From an uncultured Bacteroidota bacterium (GTDB lineage Bacteria > Bacteroidota > Ignavibacteria > UBA10030), in assembly GCA_963770945.1 (NCBI GenBank), contig CAVYRP010000013.1:79921-143920 (forward strand): a stretch of DNA of 64,000 nucleotides. The letters run 5' to 3'. Within the stretch, counting starts at the first letter, position 1, and each line of letters opens with the position of its first letter. The notes under the pieces are model-generated. The model searched no databases. It was not told where the DNA came from and was given only the letters and a program-made list of their open reading frames with translations. Shown in pieces: positions 1 to 8,810 of the stretch. Both the position numbers and the translations under genes were made by a program.

Positions 1-145
1 TATGGGTCCGGAAATTGGCGCCGCCGCTTTTTGCCGGCGTCCATTCTGTCAGCATGGCAACGGGATCACCGATACCGGATGGATCAAATTTAATTTTATT
101 TGCAGCTGCCCAGCTCTGCAATTTTTCCATTAGTTTCTTGAGCAT
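1..145 (-). CDS. hypothetical protein, N-terminal fragment (gene runs off the left edge)
   Basis: ATG at 145-143 on the minus strand opens a frame reading MLKKLMEKLQSWAAANKIKFDPSGIGDPVAMLTEWTPAKSGGANFRT. It is still open at base 1. No family recognised. Confidence 0.3.
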   Translation of the reverse strand, partial: MLKKLMEKLQSWAAANKIKFDPSGIGDPVAMLTEWTPAKSGGANFRTH

Positions 146-312
146 ATAATTCCTTTTGGGCTGAAATACTGCAATGATGGATATGTAAAAGAAAGAGAAA
201 GTAAGGAATCAAATATTCCTGCCTGACGGTAAATATTCACTTTCTTAAAAGTAAAATCAAGAAATTTATATTGAATAGTTCAATGACTTGCTTTGCAAAA
301 GAACAGACATTT

Positions 313-1204
313 CTATTCCGGTTCCATAATCGCAATTTGTGTCCGATAAGCAAAGAGACTCTCGATCCCAAAAAGTATTAAAGCGGACCAGACAATGGAA
401 TATCCGATGAACTGAATGAATGTAAACGTTTCGTAAAATACCAGTACACCGATGAGAAATTGCAGCGTCGGTGAGATATATTGGAGAATACCAATCAATG
501 AAAGCTGAATACGCCGGGCTGACGAGGCAAACATCAGCAGCGGAATAGTTGTAACAATCCCGGCACCGGCTAAGAGAATGTCGGACATTGTACCTGTATG
601 GAGAAATGCTCCTGTGCCATTATTATCACAAATAAAAAGATAAAGCAATGCAGGGATCAAAAGGATTCCGGTTTCCAGCGTTAAACCGTTCAGCGATCCA
701 AGCGGCGCTATTTTTTTTACAAAACCGTACAGTGCAAACGTAGAAGCAAGCAAGAGCGCGATCCAGGGGATGGAGCCATGAACAATAGCCAGAAAGAGAA
801 CTCCTGCCGCGGCTAATCCGATGGAAATCCATTGCCTCGGGCGCAGATGCTCATGAAGAAAGATCACGCCTATCAAAACACTGAGCAGCGGATTGATGAA
901 ATATCCGAGACTTGCTTCAACAATATGGCCTGTATTGACCGCCCATACATACGTCAGCCAATTGACGCCAATCAATACCGCTGCAATACAATAGACCCGA
1001 AGAACACTCCAGGTAAAAACCGTTGAATGGAATCCGGGCCATTGACGGATAAAAAGAATAAATAATGATGAGAAAAAGAAAAGACCATATTATACGGTGG
1101 CCGATAAGCTGCAAAGCAGGAACATGCTTAAGCATTTTCCAGTAGAATGGAAATAATCCCCAGGTGGTATAAGCTCCGATTGCGTACCAAATTCCTTTAT
1201 TCAT
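313..1204 (-). CDS. rarD: RarD/EamA-type 10-TM permease, reading frame broken once
   Basis: The N-part (MNKGIWYAIGAYTTWGLFPFYWK, ATG at 1204) and the C-part (VLIGVNWLTYVWAVNTGHIVEASLGYFINPL, ORF 313..975) form one contiguous RarD-like sequence. The frames swap in a T-rich stretch near 1045-1065 (net +1 nt). Confidence 0.8.
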
Positions 1205-1482
1205 AAGTTTGCCTGAAAATAATACTCTTAATTTTACGTTCAATTTTTTTTACTGAATGATGAAACAGGATAAACGATGAGCAAGCGGCGAGACCGGTTA
1301 TAGCGTCATCCGAATACCTTCAATACATACTTATAATAAATAAGAAAAACGAGGCGAGTCAATAGCCTGCCCTGTCATACTTTTGTGTATTAAAGTGCAG
1401 AATTCTAGAATCCTGATATCCTGAGCATCAACTTTATTTTAAACTTCATTTTAACCGGTGAGCTTTTAAACGGATCAGCTTT

Positions 1483-2382
1483 TTATTTTTTTCTCTTCCG
1501 GGCAGCTTTTTTTGCCGCCGCACGCCGCAGGTATTGTTTTCTTTTCAAACGGGCGATGCCTAATTGTGCGGCCTTTCGCCGCCGCAGCCGCTGTTCGCTT
1601 TCCTTCCGTTTATTTCTTTTCAAACCCTTTTTGATTTTCTTGATGACTTCTTTTTTCCGCTTCTTTTGTTTGTAATGCCTGTACCCGTACGTTCTATCGG
1701 ATGCAATAATCCCCGATGCCTTATGAACAACAACCTGCGATAACGGATGACTTTTTGCCAGATCGCTTGCAGCATGCAGCGCTTCTTCTTTTGTCGCGTG
1801 AGCACTGCTTGCTTTTTTTGCCCTTCCTTTTTTCACCAGCCAGCCGCTGGAATCGGGAACGACATGATATGTAATCCGTGTAATCATATGGTCCTCAATT
1901 TTATTTTCTTTGAGATCGTCTTTTGCATCGCCTTGATCCTTATTCAATAAATGTTTTGAATCATAACGGATGAATGTTTTTTGTATAATAACTTTAATGT
2001 ACCAGACGATACCGAATACAGCCGCATAAACGCAAAAAACCAGGAAATCCCGAATAATCCAGACATTATATGGATATTCCAGCGTAAAATTTAATATATA
2101 CCCCGGCGATTCGGAAGCCGTCCTCATAAAATCATGGACCTGATAACTTAATGTAAAAATAAAAGCAGCGAGGTAAACCTGTTTCCAGGACGAAAGCATT
2201 AATCCGAACACCAGGACTACAAGAACCATCGGAAAAAAAGCAATAAAAAATTCGTAAGAAGGAATAAATTCAAACAATGCAAGCCGGGGGCCGAGCCATA
2301 ATCTATAGAGAACCTGATCGCTTAGAAATAGCGCCGTCGCAGAACAAATAAAAGAGATTAAGGTGAGCCGTAGTATCTTCAT
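1483..2382 (-). CDS. membrane protein with DUF2188-like domain and Lys/Arg-rich C-terminal tail
   Basis: ATG at 2382 is preceded by AAAAAGGAG. About 160 aa carry roughly 4 hydrophobic helices. Next comes TYHVVPDSSGWLVKKGRAKKASSAHATKEEALHAASDLAKSHPLSQVVVHKASGIIASDRTYG (DUF2188-like, from memory), followed by about 70 aa that are mostly K/R. Confidence 0.6.
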   Translation of the reverse strand: MKILRLTLISFICSATALFLSDQVLYRLWLGPRLALFEFIPSYEFFIAFFPMVLVVLVFGLMLSSWKQVYLAAFIFTLSYQVHDFMRTASESPGYILNFTLEYPYNVWIIRDFLVFCVYAAVFGIVWYIKVIIQKTFIRYDSKHLLNKDQGDAKDDLKENKIEDHMITRITYHVVPDSSGWLVKKGRAKKASSAHATKEEALHAASDLAKSHPLSQVVVHKASGIIASDRTYGYRHYKQKKRKKEVIKKIKKGLKRNKRKESEQRLRRRKAAQLGIARLKRKQYLRRAAAKKAARKRKK

Positions 2383-2510
2383 TTCGAACTCCTTTTTTAA
2401 CGACACCAAACCTCTGTGGAAATAATCTGACTATATAGTCTGCTGAAATTAATCTACTTATTGTTCATTCAAATTTCAACTTGAAGCGTGCGCCCGCTCC
2501 GGGCAATATT

Positions 2511-4538
2511 CTATTTAAGAAATATCATTTTTTTCTGCAGGCTTACATTTTCTGCTGTGAGACGGTAAAAATAAACTCCGCTGGCACGATTTTTTGCCGT
2601 CCATCGGCACTCGTATACTCCGGGAGCCTGTTGTGAATCTACAAGTGTTTCTATCTCGCGTCCGAGAATGTCGTAGATTTTAAGCGTGACCTTTGTTTGA
2701 TGCCGAAGCAGGTAGATAATATTCGTAGTTGAATTAAAGGGATTAGGATAGTTTTGTTCCAGCGCATATTCCGTCGGCAGCTGATTGTTGCCGGAAAGAA
2801 TTGCTTTCATAATCCACCGTTCCGGATCAAGGATAACCGTGTCGGGCTTTGAGTCAAACCTGATGACAAACCTCTGCTGCGGGGAATTATTTAGAACCGT
2901 GAAAGTTGTATCTCTTCCGGCTGCGGTAATTCGAATATCGATGGGCATTGTAAAGAACGCCGGATTGCTGCGGCCGAGGATTTGTCCGATATCTAAAATA
3001 ACCGCGGATGAATCTCCAAATGATTTCCAGGTCCAGGACAATATATATACAGGATACTTTTCGCCATATACCCATTCTTGAAAATAGTAATCCAGGTCTC
3101 GCCCCGAAACACGCTCGCAGACAGATTGAAAATCCTGTGTTGACGCTGTACCATATTGCAGTGCAGGATCGTTCGCATACTGCCTAAGGGAAAGGAAAAA
3201 AACACTATCCCCAAGTACATGCCGCAGCATATGCAGTACCGCAGCTCCTTTAGAATAAACAAGTCTCGAATCAAAAAGATTTCTAACATTGACCGTGTCG
3301 GGATTTCCAAGTTCTCCTTGTGCCGTTTCCGCATTATCAATCTGCGAATTCATGTATCTCCAATATGCATCGGTTCCGTACTGCCGCTCGAGATATAACG
3401 CCGTGGCGTATTGAGAAAATCCCTCATTTAGCCAGAGATCTGACCAGGTCCGGCATGTAATCATATCTCCGAACCATTGATGAGCGAGTTCGTGTGCGAT
3501 AACATTTTCACTAAAAGTAGTCGTTGAGGTCATTGTTTGGTGCTCCATCGCTCCGCCTCTCCCGAATTCCGCGTGGCCGTATTTTTCTTTTATGAACGGA
3601 TACATGCCGAAGAGATCGGAAAAAATTGCCAGCATATCGATTACGCGCGGAAGGGATTGAAAAGCTGTGTCATAATGTTCCGGCAGAACGTAGTTCAGTA
3701 CCTCCATGGAATCTTTTTGAGAATAGTGAAACCAGTTCGAAAACTGAACATAGTTTGTCATTGCAAGAGAAATAAGATACGATGCAATAGGGTATCGCTC
3801 TTTCCAATGGTAGGTAGAAGTACCGTTGCCGTTTTCAATCACAGAGGCAAGAATTCCCTCCGAGCCGACTTTAAAATTTGAATTGCACGTAACGATTATA
3901 TCGGCCGAGTCCGCTTTATCGCCCGGATCATCTTTGCAGGGCCACCAATCTTTTGCTCCATAAGGTTCACTTAGTGTATATATCCAGGGAACACCGGCGT
4001 GGCTGTCAAAAATAAAACTGCCGAGCCCCGTAGCTGTCGGCAAACCGCCGTAATATACGTCCACTGAAATGGTGTCTGAAAATTTAAACAGCCGGTCAAA
4101 CGATACATCAAATGAATTTCTATTTTGGATGAAAGAATTTTTCCGGCCGTTTACAATAACCGAATCTATCCGCATTTGATTAACAAGATCAAGCGTGATC
4201 GAATGCGTGCTGTCTTTGCGGCAAATTCCCGCTATTGTTACTTTTCCCGTTAGATAATTCGGCTGAGTAAGTATGTTTAATTCAAGCCGGTAATATGCAG
4301 CATCAAACCATGCACTTGCTTCTGTTCCTGCAGATAATTGCTGCTGAACGGTTTTTTTATATTGGTAGTTGGGAAGAAATAATTCCTGTTTATATCCGGA
4401 GCCGGATATTGACTGCGCATTTATTTCCGAACATATAATAAAAAGAAAAGAGAAGATTATCCGGAAATATATTTTGCCGGGACAGCGGCATTTGAATTTA
4501 TAAATCGTTGGAGGATGGATCATATTGCTTATTCGCAT
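2511..4538 (-). CDS. secreted M1-family zinc aminopeptidase with T9SS C-terminal sorting domain
   Basis: Contains HELAHQWFGD, then WLNEGF about 18 aa later (HEXXH-18-E). N-terminal signal peptide present. The C-terminus NYPNPFNSTTNIIYLL...KIYDILGREI...GVYFYRL matches the T9SS type A CTD pattern. Confidence 0.9.
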   Translation of the reverse strand: MRISNMIHPPTIYKFKCRCPGKIYFRIIFSFLFIICSEINAQSISGSGYKQELFLPNYQYKKTVQQQLSAGTEASAWFDAAYYRLELNILTQPNYLTGKVTIAGICRKDSTHSITLDLVNQMRIDSVIVNGRKNSFIQNRNSFDVSFDRLFKFSDTISVDVYYGGLPTATGLGSFIFDSHAGVPWIYTLSEPYGAKDWWPCKDDPGDKADSADIIVTCNSNFKVGSEGILASVIENGNGTSTYHWKERYPIASYLISLAMTNYVQFSNWFHYSQKDSMEVLNYVLPEHYDTAFQSLPRVIDMLAIFSDLFGMYPFIKEKYGHAEFGRGGAMEHQTMTSTTTFSENVIAHELAHQWFGDMITCRTWSDLWLNEGFSQYATALYLERQYGTDAYWRYMNSQIDNAETAQGELGNPDTVNVRNLFDSRLVYSKGAAVLHMLRHVLGDSVFFLSLRQYANDPALQYGTASTQDFQSVCERVSGRDLDYYFQEWVYGEKYPVYILSWTWKSFGDSSAVILDIGQILGRSNPAFFTMPIDIRITAAGRDTTFTVLNNSPQQRFVIRFDSKPDTVILDPERWIMKAILSGNNQLPTEYALEQNYPNPFNSTTNIIYLLRHQTKVTLKIYDILGREIETLVDSQQAPGVYECRWTAKNRASGVYFYRLTAENVSLQKKMIFLK

Positions 4539-4574
4539 TCCGATAATTCCGCTGATGTAAACAATACGGAATCA

Positions 4575-4619
4575 AAGAACGAGAATAATCTAACTTTTGC
4601 TCAGTCAAATATCAAGCTT
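4575..4619. repeat. 45-nt A-repeat, copy 1 of 3 (others at 4756..4800 and 5851..5895)
   Basis: Sequence aagaacgagaataatctaacttttgctcagtcaaatatcaagctt. The minus strand reads TTGATA-N17-TAGATT, and the repeat ends about 37 nt upstream of the M1 peptidase ATG at 4538. Confidence 0.85.
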
Positions 4620-4629
4620 CTCTTTGTAA

Positions 4630-4953
4630 CTCGCTCCCAAGCTGTCGTTTTTACAAAAGAGACCAAGCTTTCCACAGGCAGCATCTCGCTCCCAAGCTCT
4701 GCTTGGGAGTGTATTCTTAGAAAATTATTTGGCACGTTAACGGAAAAACAGAACTAAGAACGAGAATAATCTAACTTTTGCTGAACTAAATATCAAGCTT
4801 TACTTGCCCGCCATGTTTTACGTTCCCAAACAGAGTTTGGGAACGAGAGATCAAACGAGAGATCAAAGCTTTCCACAGACTGCATCTCGCTCCAAATCTC
4901 TCTCGCTTTTTAACCTCGCTCCCAAGCTCTGCTTGGGAGCGCAATCTTAGAAT
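4630..4953. repeat. cluster of REP-like 25-nt hairpin repeats (left of the OMP gene)
   Basis: Forward copies cgctcccaag-ctctg-cttgggagcg sit at 4687..4711 and 4917..4941. An inverted-orientation copy cgttcccaaa-cagag-tttgggaacg sits at 4821..4845. Degenerate or half copies lie near 4630..4643 and 4884..4905. The flank aagctttccacag.c.gcatctcgctcc occurs twice. Confidence 0.85.
4756..4800. repeat. 45-nt A-repeat, copy 2 of 3
   Basis: Sequence aagaacgagaataatctaacttttgctgaactaaatatcaagctt. It differs from copy 1 only inside the 17-nt spacer between the two hexamers. Confidence 0.85.
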
Positions 4954-4979
4954 TCCGTTAGTTTATTCCCATAATAGAT

Positions 4980-5633
4980 TCAGTTAATATTGATCCGAAT
5001 TCCTATTCCAAAATGCCATATGCCATCATTCATTGAATTTCCGAAATACTGATAATTCACTTCCGGGTAAAGCTTGGCTTGCCGAAGCGGTAGAGCGATT
5101 CCAAATCCAACTGAACGGTTATTATTAATAAAATCATCCGTTACACTCGAAAAGAAACTATCCGAAAAATCTCCTTTTGCTGCTCCCATATAATGATAAA
5201 AAGAATAATGAACGTATGGTTCAAACTCCTGAATGTTTTTGCTTACGCTTATTCCATATTTCAAATATGAATATCCGTCAATCAGGGATGCATAGCTACA
5301 ATTGAGACTGCAGTCTAAGATATCAAATGACCGAGGATTAACCTGCCAACGAACCGTACCTTCAAGGAAGCGTGTTGGATAATAACGCAAACCTGCTTCG
5401 AATCTCAAAGGTAACCCGTAAGCTATAGAAACTGATGAAACAAATGGTTTGTCTTTTGAAACTTCAATTGAATTATCATTACTCTTCGTAATTATCTCAT
5501 CAAGACCTAATCCTAAAGAAAGCTTTTTTTCTTCCAGTGTCCGTCCTGTATGAAAATTGCTGGATGCAACACAACCGCATAAAAAAAACATTAAAAATAT
5601 GAATGAAATATTAAGCTGGGAGTTTTTTATCAT
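4980..5633 (-). CDS. outer-membrane beta-barrel-like lipoprotein (hypothetical)
   Basis: I trimmed the start to ATG 5633 (MIKNSQLNISFIFLMFFLCGCVASS, lipobox-like LCGC). The 5' extension of the tracked ORF is translated repeat sequence. The body shows alternating aromatic/small residues typical of beta strands. Confidence 0.6.
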   Translation of the reverse strand: MIKNSQLNISFIFLMFFLCGCVASSNFHTGRTLEEKKLSLGLGLDEIITKSNDNSIEVSKDKPFVSSVSIAYGLPLRFEAGLRYYPTRFLEGTVRWQVNPRSFDILDCSLNCSYASLIDGYSYLKYGISVSKNIQEFEPYVHYSFYHYMGAAKGDFSDSFFSSVTDDFINNNRSVGFGIALPLRQAKLYPEVNYQYFGNSMNDGIWHFGIGIRININ

Positions 5634-5667
5634 ATCTAATATCCTCAAATAATATTTTATCAATTTA

Positions 5668-5808
5668 CATTCCCAAACATAGTATGGGAACGAGAGAGTA
5701 AGCAGGAAAACAAAGTTATGCCCTGACAGCATCTCGCTCCCAAGCTCTGCTTGGGAGCGCAATCTTGGAACATCGATATTTTATGTTACTAAACAGAGTT
5801 TGGAAACG
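5668..5808. repeat. cluster of REP-like hairpin repeats (right of the OMP gene)
   Basis: A forward copy sits at 5735..5759 and is identical to 4917..4941 including the flank gcaatctt. Degenerate inverted copies sit at 5668..5692 and 5784..5808. Confidence 0.8.
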
Positions 5809-5850
5809 AGAGAAATAGAATTAATTGGTACGTCAACGATAAACGGAATT

Positions 5851-5895
5851 AAGAACGAGAATAATCTACCTTTTGCTCAATCAAATATCAAGCTT
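5851..5895. repeat. 45-nt A-repeat, copy 3 of 3
   Basis: Sequence aagaacgagaataatctaccttttgctcaatcaaatatcaagctt. About 25 nt of upstream flank (ggtacgtcaacg...acggaat) is also shared with copy 2. It lies about 220 nt upstream (minus sense) of the OMP gene start at 5633. Confidence 0.85.
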
Positions 5896-6068
5896 CTCTT
5901 TGTCGCAAGGAGAATGTCAGAAAAAATCCGCCTCAGTGTTTTTAGAGGAATTCTACAGCTATTCCTTTTTCTATTGTATCGACAATCTTCGCAGCAATTG
6001 AGGAATGTATATTATACAAATTTAAATATCAGTGATATTCGTACATGAAGTGATTTCCTTAGCTTTTT

Positions 6069-6662
6069 TTAATAATTATCCGGAGACCGATTTTGTTGAT
6101 AATACCTTTTCGCTAATTGTGTTATTTTAACAATAAATTCTGTTTTTGACTGAGTATACGCCGCTCTATCATTGGTGTAACTTTTTGCCAGGTTAATCTT
6201 AACTTTTTCATATTCCTTTGCGACATCCGGATGTTCGATTAGATAATCTCGAAAAAACAGCCTGTCCCAATGTTCAAAATGATGTTCTATCATATGGATG
6301 TGGTGTGTCCTTTGACCGTTTTGATCACGCTTGATGAACCATGCATAAAAAGGAGGAACATCATCTCCCCAGGACGGCCTCCAGAAATACTCATACCCCT
6401 GATCAGTTAGAATAGGAACAATGATCTTCTTTGTCTCATCAAGAGATGTCACCTCGGCTAAAATATCAATGATAGGTTTGGCCGACATTCGCGGTATCGC
6501 CGTACTTCCGAAGTGCTCGATTCTTTTTATAATAGTGTCAGGCAGGCAGGAAATAAGATGGTTCTTCTCAAGCAAAAACATCCTGGGCCAATCCGGATTG
6601 TATGGAACAATATCAACTTTCTCCTGAACAACTCTTTTAACACGTTCTTCGTTAGTTTCCAT
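6069..6662 (-). CDS. GrpB family protein
   Basis: Contains HHIHMIEHHFEHWDRLFFRDYLIEHPDVAKEYEKVK, typical of GrpB/UPF0157. Start trimmed to METNEERV at 6662, which removes the overlap with the upstream gene. Confidence 0.8.
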   Translation of the reverse strand: METNEERVKRVVQEKVDIVPYNPDWPRMFLLEKNHLISCLPDTIIKRIEHFGSTAIPRMSAKPIIDILAEVTSLDETKKIIVPILTDQGYEYFWRPSWGDDVPPFYAWFIKRDQNGQRTHHIHMIEHHFEHWDRLFFRDYLIEHPDVAKEYEKVKINLAKSYTNDRAAYTQSKTEFIVKITQLAKRYYQQNRSPDNY

Positions 6663-6691
6663 GGCAGCTAATATTATTCGGTATAAGTGTG

Positions 6692-7303
6692 TTAGAAATA
6701 TTTTACACCCAGCCATAGCTCATAAATTCCAAAACAAGCCAGGCCGATAGCCGAAGCGCCTATCAGTATGCGGTCCATTCGCGGACCGAGTTTCCCGGCA
6801 TGAGCGAACAGCAGAACAATTCCCATTTGAGTAACAACTATCGTCGTATAGAATCCCGATATTAAAACAATTCCATTCAAGTAATATTCTCTCCACGCTT
6901 TGAGCAGAATCGGACCCATTACCAGACTCCAGCCGATGTAGGGAGCGGGATTCAAAAAATTCACAAGCACAGCCTGCTGAATTGTTGTCCGGCTCGCCGC
7001 AGAATGGATCGTTTTACCGGAGTCAAAGTTTTTCCAGGCTTTCCATGCATCTAAAGCAAGGTAAAGAAGAAACACTCCCCCAACGAACTGTAAAGTATTG
7101 ATCATCCTTTCGGGCACGCGGCTCAGCAGAAATACCACCAGTACAATTATCGGCCCGTCGCTTATAAGCGGTGCAAAGGCAGCCGGTAAAGTGTGCTTCC
7201 AGCCTTTTCTCAACGTTTGTGAAATTAGATAGCTTTGAAGCGGACCCGGCTGTACAGCCGCCGCAAACGCATATGTTATTCCAAGTATCAGATACGAAAC
7301 CAC
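6692..7303 (-). CDS. LysE/RhtB family amino-acid exporter
   Basis: 203 aa with about 6 TM helices. The N-terminal AAAVQPGPLQSYLISQTL matches the LysE-family PGP motif. Confidence 0.8.
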   Translation of the reverse strand: MVSYLILGITYAFAAAVQPGPLQSYLISQTLRKGWKHTLPAAFAPLISDGPIIVLVVFLLSRVPERMINTLQFVGGVFLLYLALDAWKAWKNFDSGKTIHSAASRTTIQQAVLVNFLNPAPYIGWSLVMGPILLKAWREYYLNGIVLISGFYTTIVVTQMGIVLLFAHAGKLGPRMDRILIGASAIGLACFGIYELWLGVKYF

Positions 7304-7371
7304 TTAGTCGTCACTTTCATATTTTTTTTGATCAAGAAATATTTTCCCGTAGAGGAATTCTTTTTGAAAAA

Positions 7372-7737
7372 CTATTTTGCGCCGTCCATGACCTTTTTCC
7401 CAACAAAGTACGTGGAAGAAAAGATCAAAAAGAATGGGATCCATGTTCCTAAAACACTCCCGAACATTTCAAAATTCTTTTGAATGACCATTGCAACAAG
7501 GAATAAATCCATGAACAGCGCAAATCCCAGACAGAAAAACGCCATTTGTATCGGCGTTACCTGATGGAATTTTTTAAAGTAAAACCGGGATATGACGCCA
7601 AAAATTATAGGAACAGCCAGAGCGTGAGCAATCAATGTGTTTTGTTCACTGGTAATTTGAAATCCAATACCGATAACAGCAGCACAAAGGATCCAGCCGA
7701 TGAAGGCATGAACGAGCATAATGAATATTTTTTTCAT
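7372..7737 (-). CDS. hypothetical small membrane protein
   Basis: 121 aa with four hydrophobic segments. No family recognised. Confidence 0.5.
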   Translation of the reverse strand: MKKIFIMLVHAFIGWILCAAVIGIGFQITSEQNTLIAHALAVPIIFGVISRFYFKKFHQVTPIQMAFFCLGFALFMDLFLVAMVIQKNFEMFGSVLGTWIPFFLIFSSTYFVGKKVMDGAK

Positions 7738-7752
7738 GAAATATCCTTGTTG

Positions 7753-8172
7753 CTATTTTAGGCGAAGCGTTTGTATTGCCAGCACACCCTGGATCAGCGA
7801 TGCAATTAATGCAGCAGTAAGAACTGCAATGGAGGCGGCTAACGTAAATTCGTTATGTCCGGTAATTATAAAGTACATGTGGATGAAAAATGCAAAGATA
7901 CCCGACGCTGCCAGTCCCAGTGCAAAATAATATCCGCTTTTATGGCCGGTAATTAAATTCCTGAATCCAATAAGTCCGGCCAGAACTATAATAATATTCA
8001 CAATCAGGAAACCCTGTATACTGCCGGGCATTCCGAACAATTCCCATTCCTTCCAGTAGGCCGAGTCGATTTCATGCGTTATTAACAATGCCAGATTGAT
8101 CAAATAAATTATCCAATTCACATTTTCTCTGTATTTCATCTGTTTATTTTCATCGATAGTAAGATGAGTCAA
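7753..8172 (-). CDS. hypothetical membrane protein
   Basis: 139 aa with 4 predicted TM helices and the motif HEIDSAYWKEWELF. Family not assigned with confidence. Confidence 0.5.
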   Translation of the reverse strand: MTHLTIDENKQMKYRENVNWIIYLINLALLITHEIDSAYWKEWELFGMPGSIQGFLIVNIIIVLAGLIGFRNLITGHKSGYYFALGLAASGIFAFFIHMYFIITGHNEFTLAASIAVLTAALIASLIQGVLAIQTLRLK

Positions 8173-8271
8173 TTAGATATACATCCCTGCTTTACCGGAA
8201 TGAATCTACCGCTTGTTCGAACAAAGTTCAATAGTTGAAATTCAGATTATATCTTCTTTCTTTAAAGGACT

Positions 8272-8766
8272 ATGATATATAAAACGCAGGAAAATCTTGT
8301 TAGAATGATCCGGCTGGCTGAAGATTCTTTTAATACTGGAAACGACCCATCTCAAATTTCAGTCGATCAAAAAGTAAGAAACAGGCTGAAAAGAATTCAC
8401 CCTGCTACGATGATGGAGAAGCGGACAAAAAAAGGCCCTGTTGCATGGATACTGGTTATACCCACAACACAAAAACTGATGAAGCAATTTATTAAAAGAG
8501 AAATAAACGAGCGTGAGCTTTTAAGGAAAACACCGCTGCATATCAAATACGATGCGATTTATCTGTGTTCTGCTCTTGTTCTGCCTGAATATAGAAGAAA
8601 GGGAATTGCAGAACGGTTGATATGCAAAGCTGTCAAATCGATAAAAAAGGAACACCCGATCGATGCTCTCTTCTATTGGGCTTTTAGTACGGCAGGCAGA
8701 AAGCTGGCAGTTTCAGCTGCAAATAAATGCGGGCTTCCTATCTTTAGAAGGAAAAACTCCGGTTAA
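8272..8766 (+). CDS. putative GNAT-like acetyltransferase
   Basis: LVLPEYRRKGIAERLICKAV resembles the GNAT acetyl-CoA-binding motif. The start codon is uncertain. Confidence 0.45.
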   Translation: MIYKTQENLVRMIRLAEDSFNTGNDPSQISVDQKVRNRLKRIHPATMMEKRTKKGPVAWILVIPTTQKLMKQFIKREINERELLRKTPLHIKYDAIYLCSALVLPEYRRKGIAERLICKAVKSIKKEHPIDALFYWAFSTAGRKLAVSAANKCGLPIFRRKNSG

Positions 8767-8810
8767 ATATTTAAGCCGGAATACAAAAATATTTATTCCG
8801 TCGGTTTCCA

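Noticed and set aside
4575-5904. A possible CRISPR array, given the repeated hairpin-forming sequences.
   Set aside because: The copies occur in both orientations, at irregular spacing, interspersed with other repeat types, and split around a gene. No cas genes are present. This is REP/BIME-like, not CRISPR.
4515-6048. ORFs 4515..4757 and 5800..6048 (plus strand) share the peptide NENNL(T/P)FAQSNIKLLFV and could be read as paralogous small proteins.
   Set aside because: The shared peptide is simply the translated 45-nt A-repeat. A third copy of the repeat (4756..4800) is not in an ORF. Neither ORF has an SD or a plausible start context, and the remainder of each ORF is other repeat sequence.
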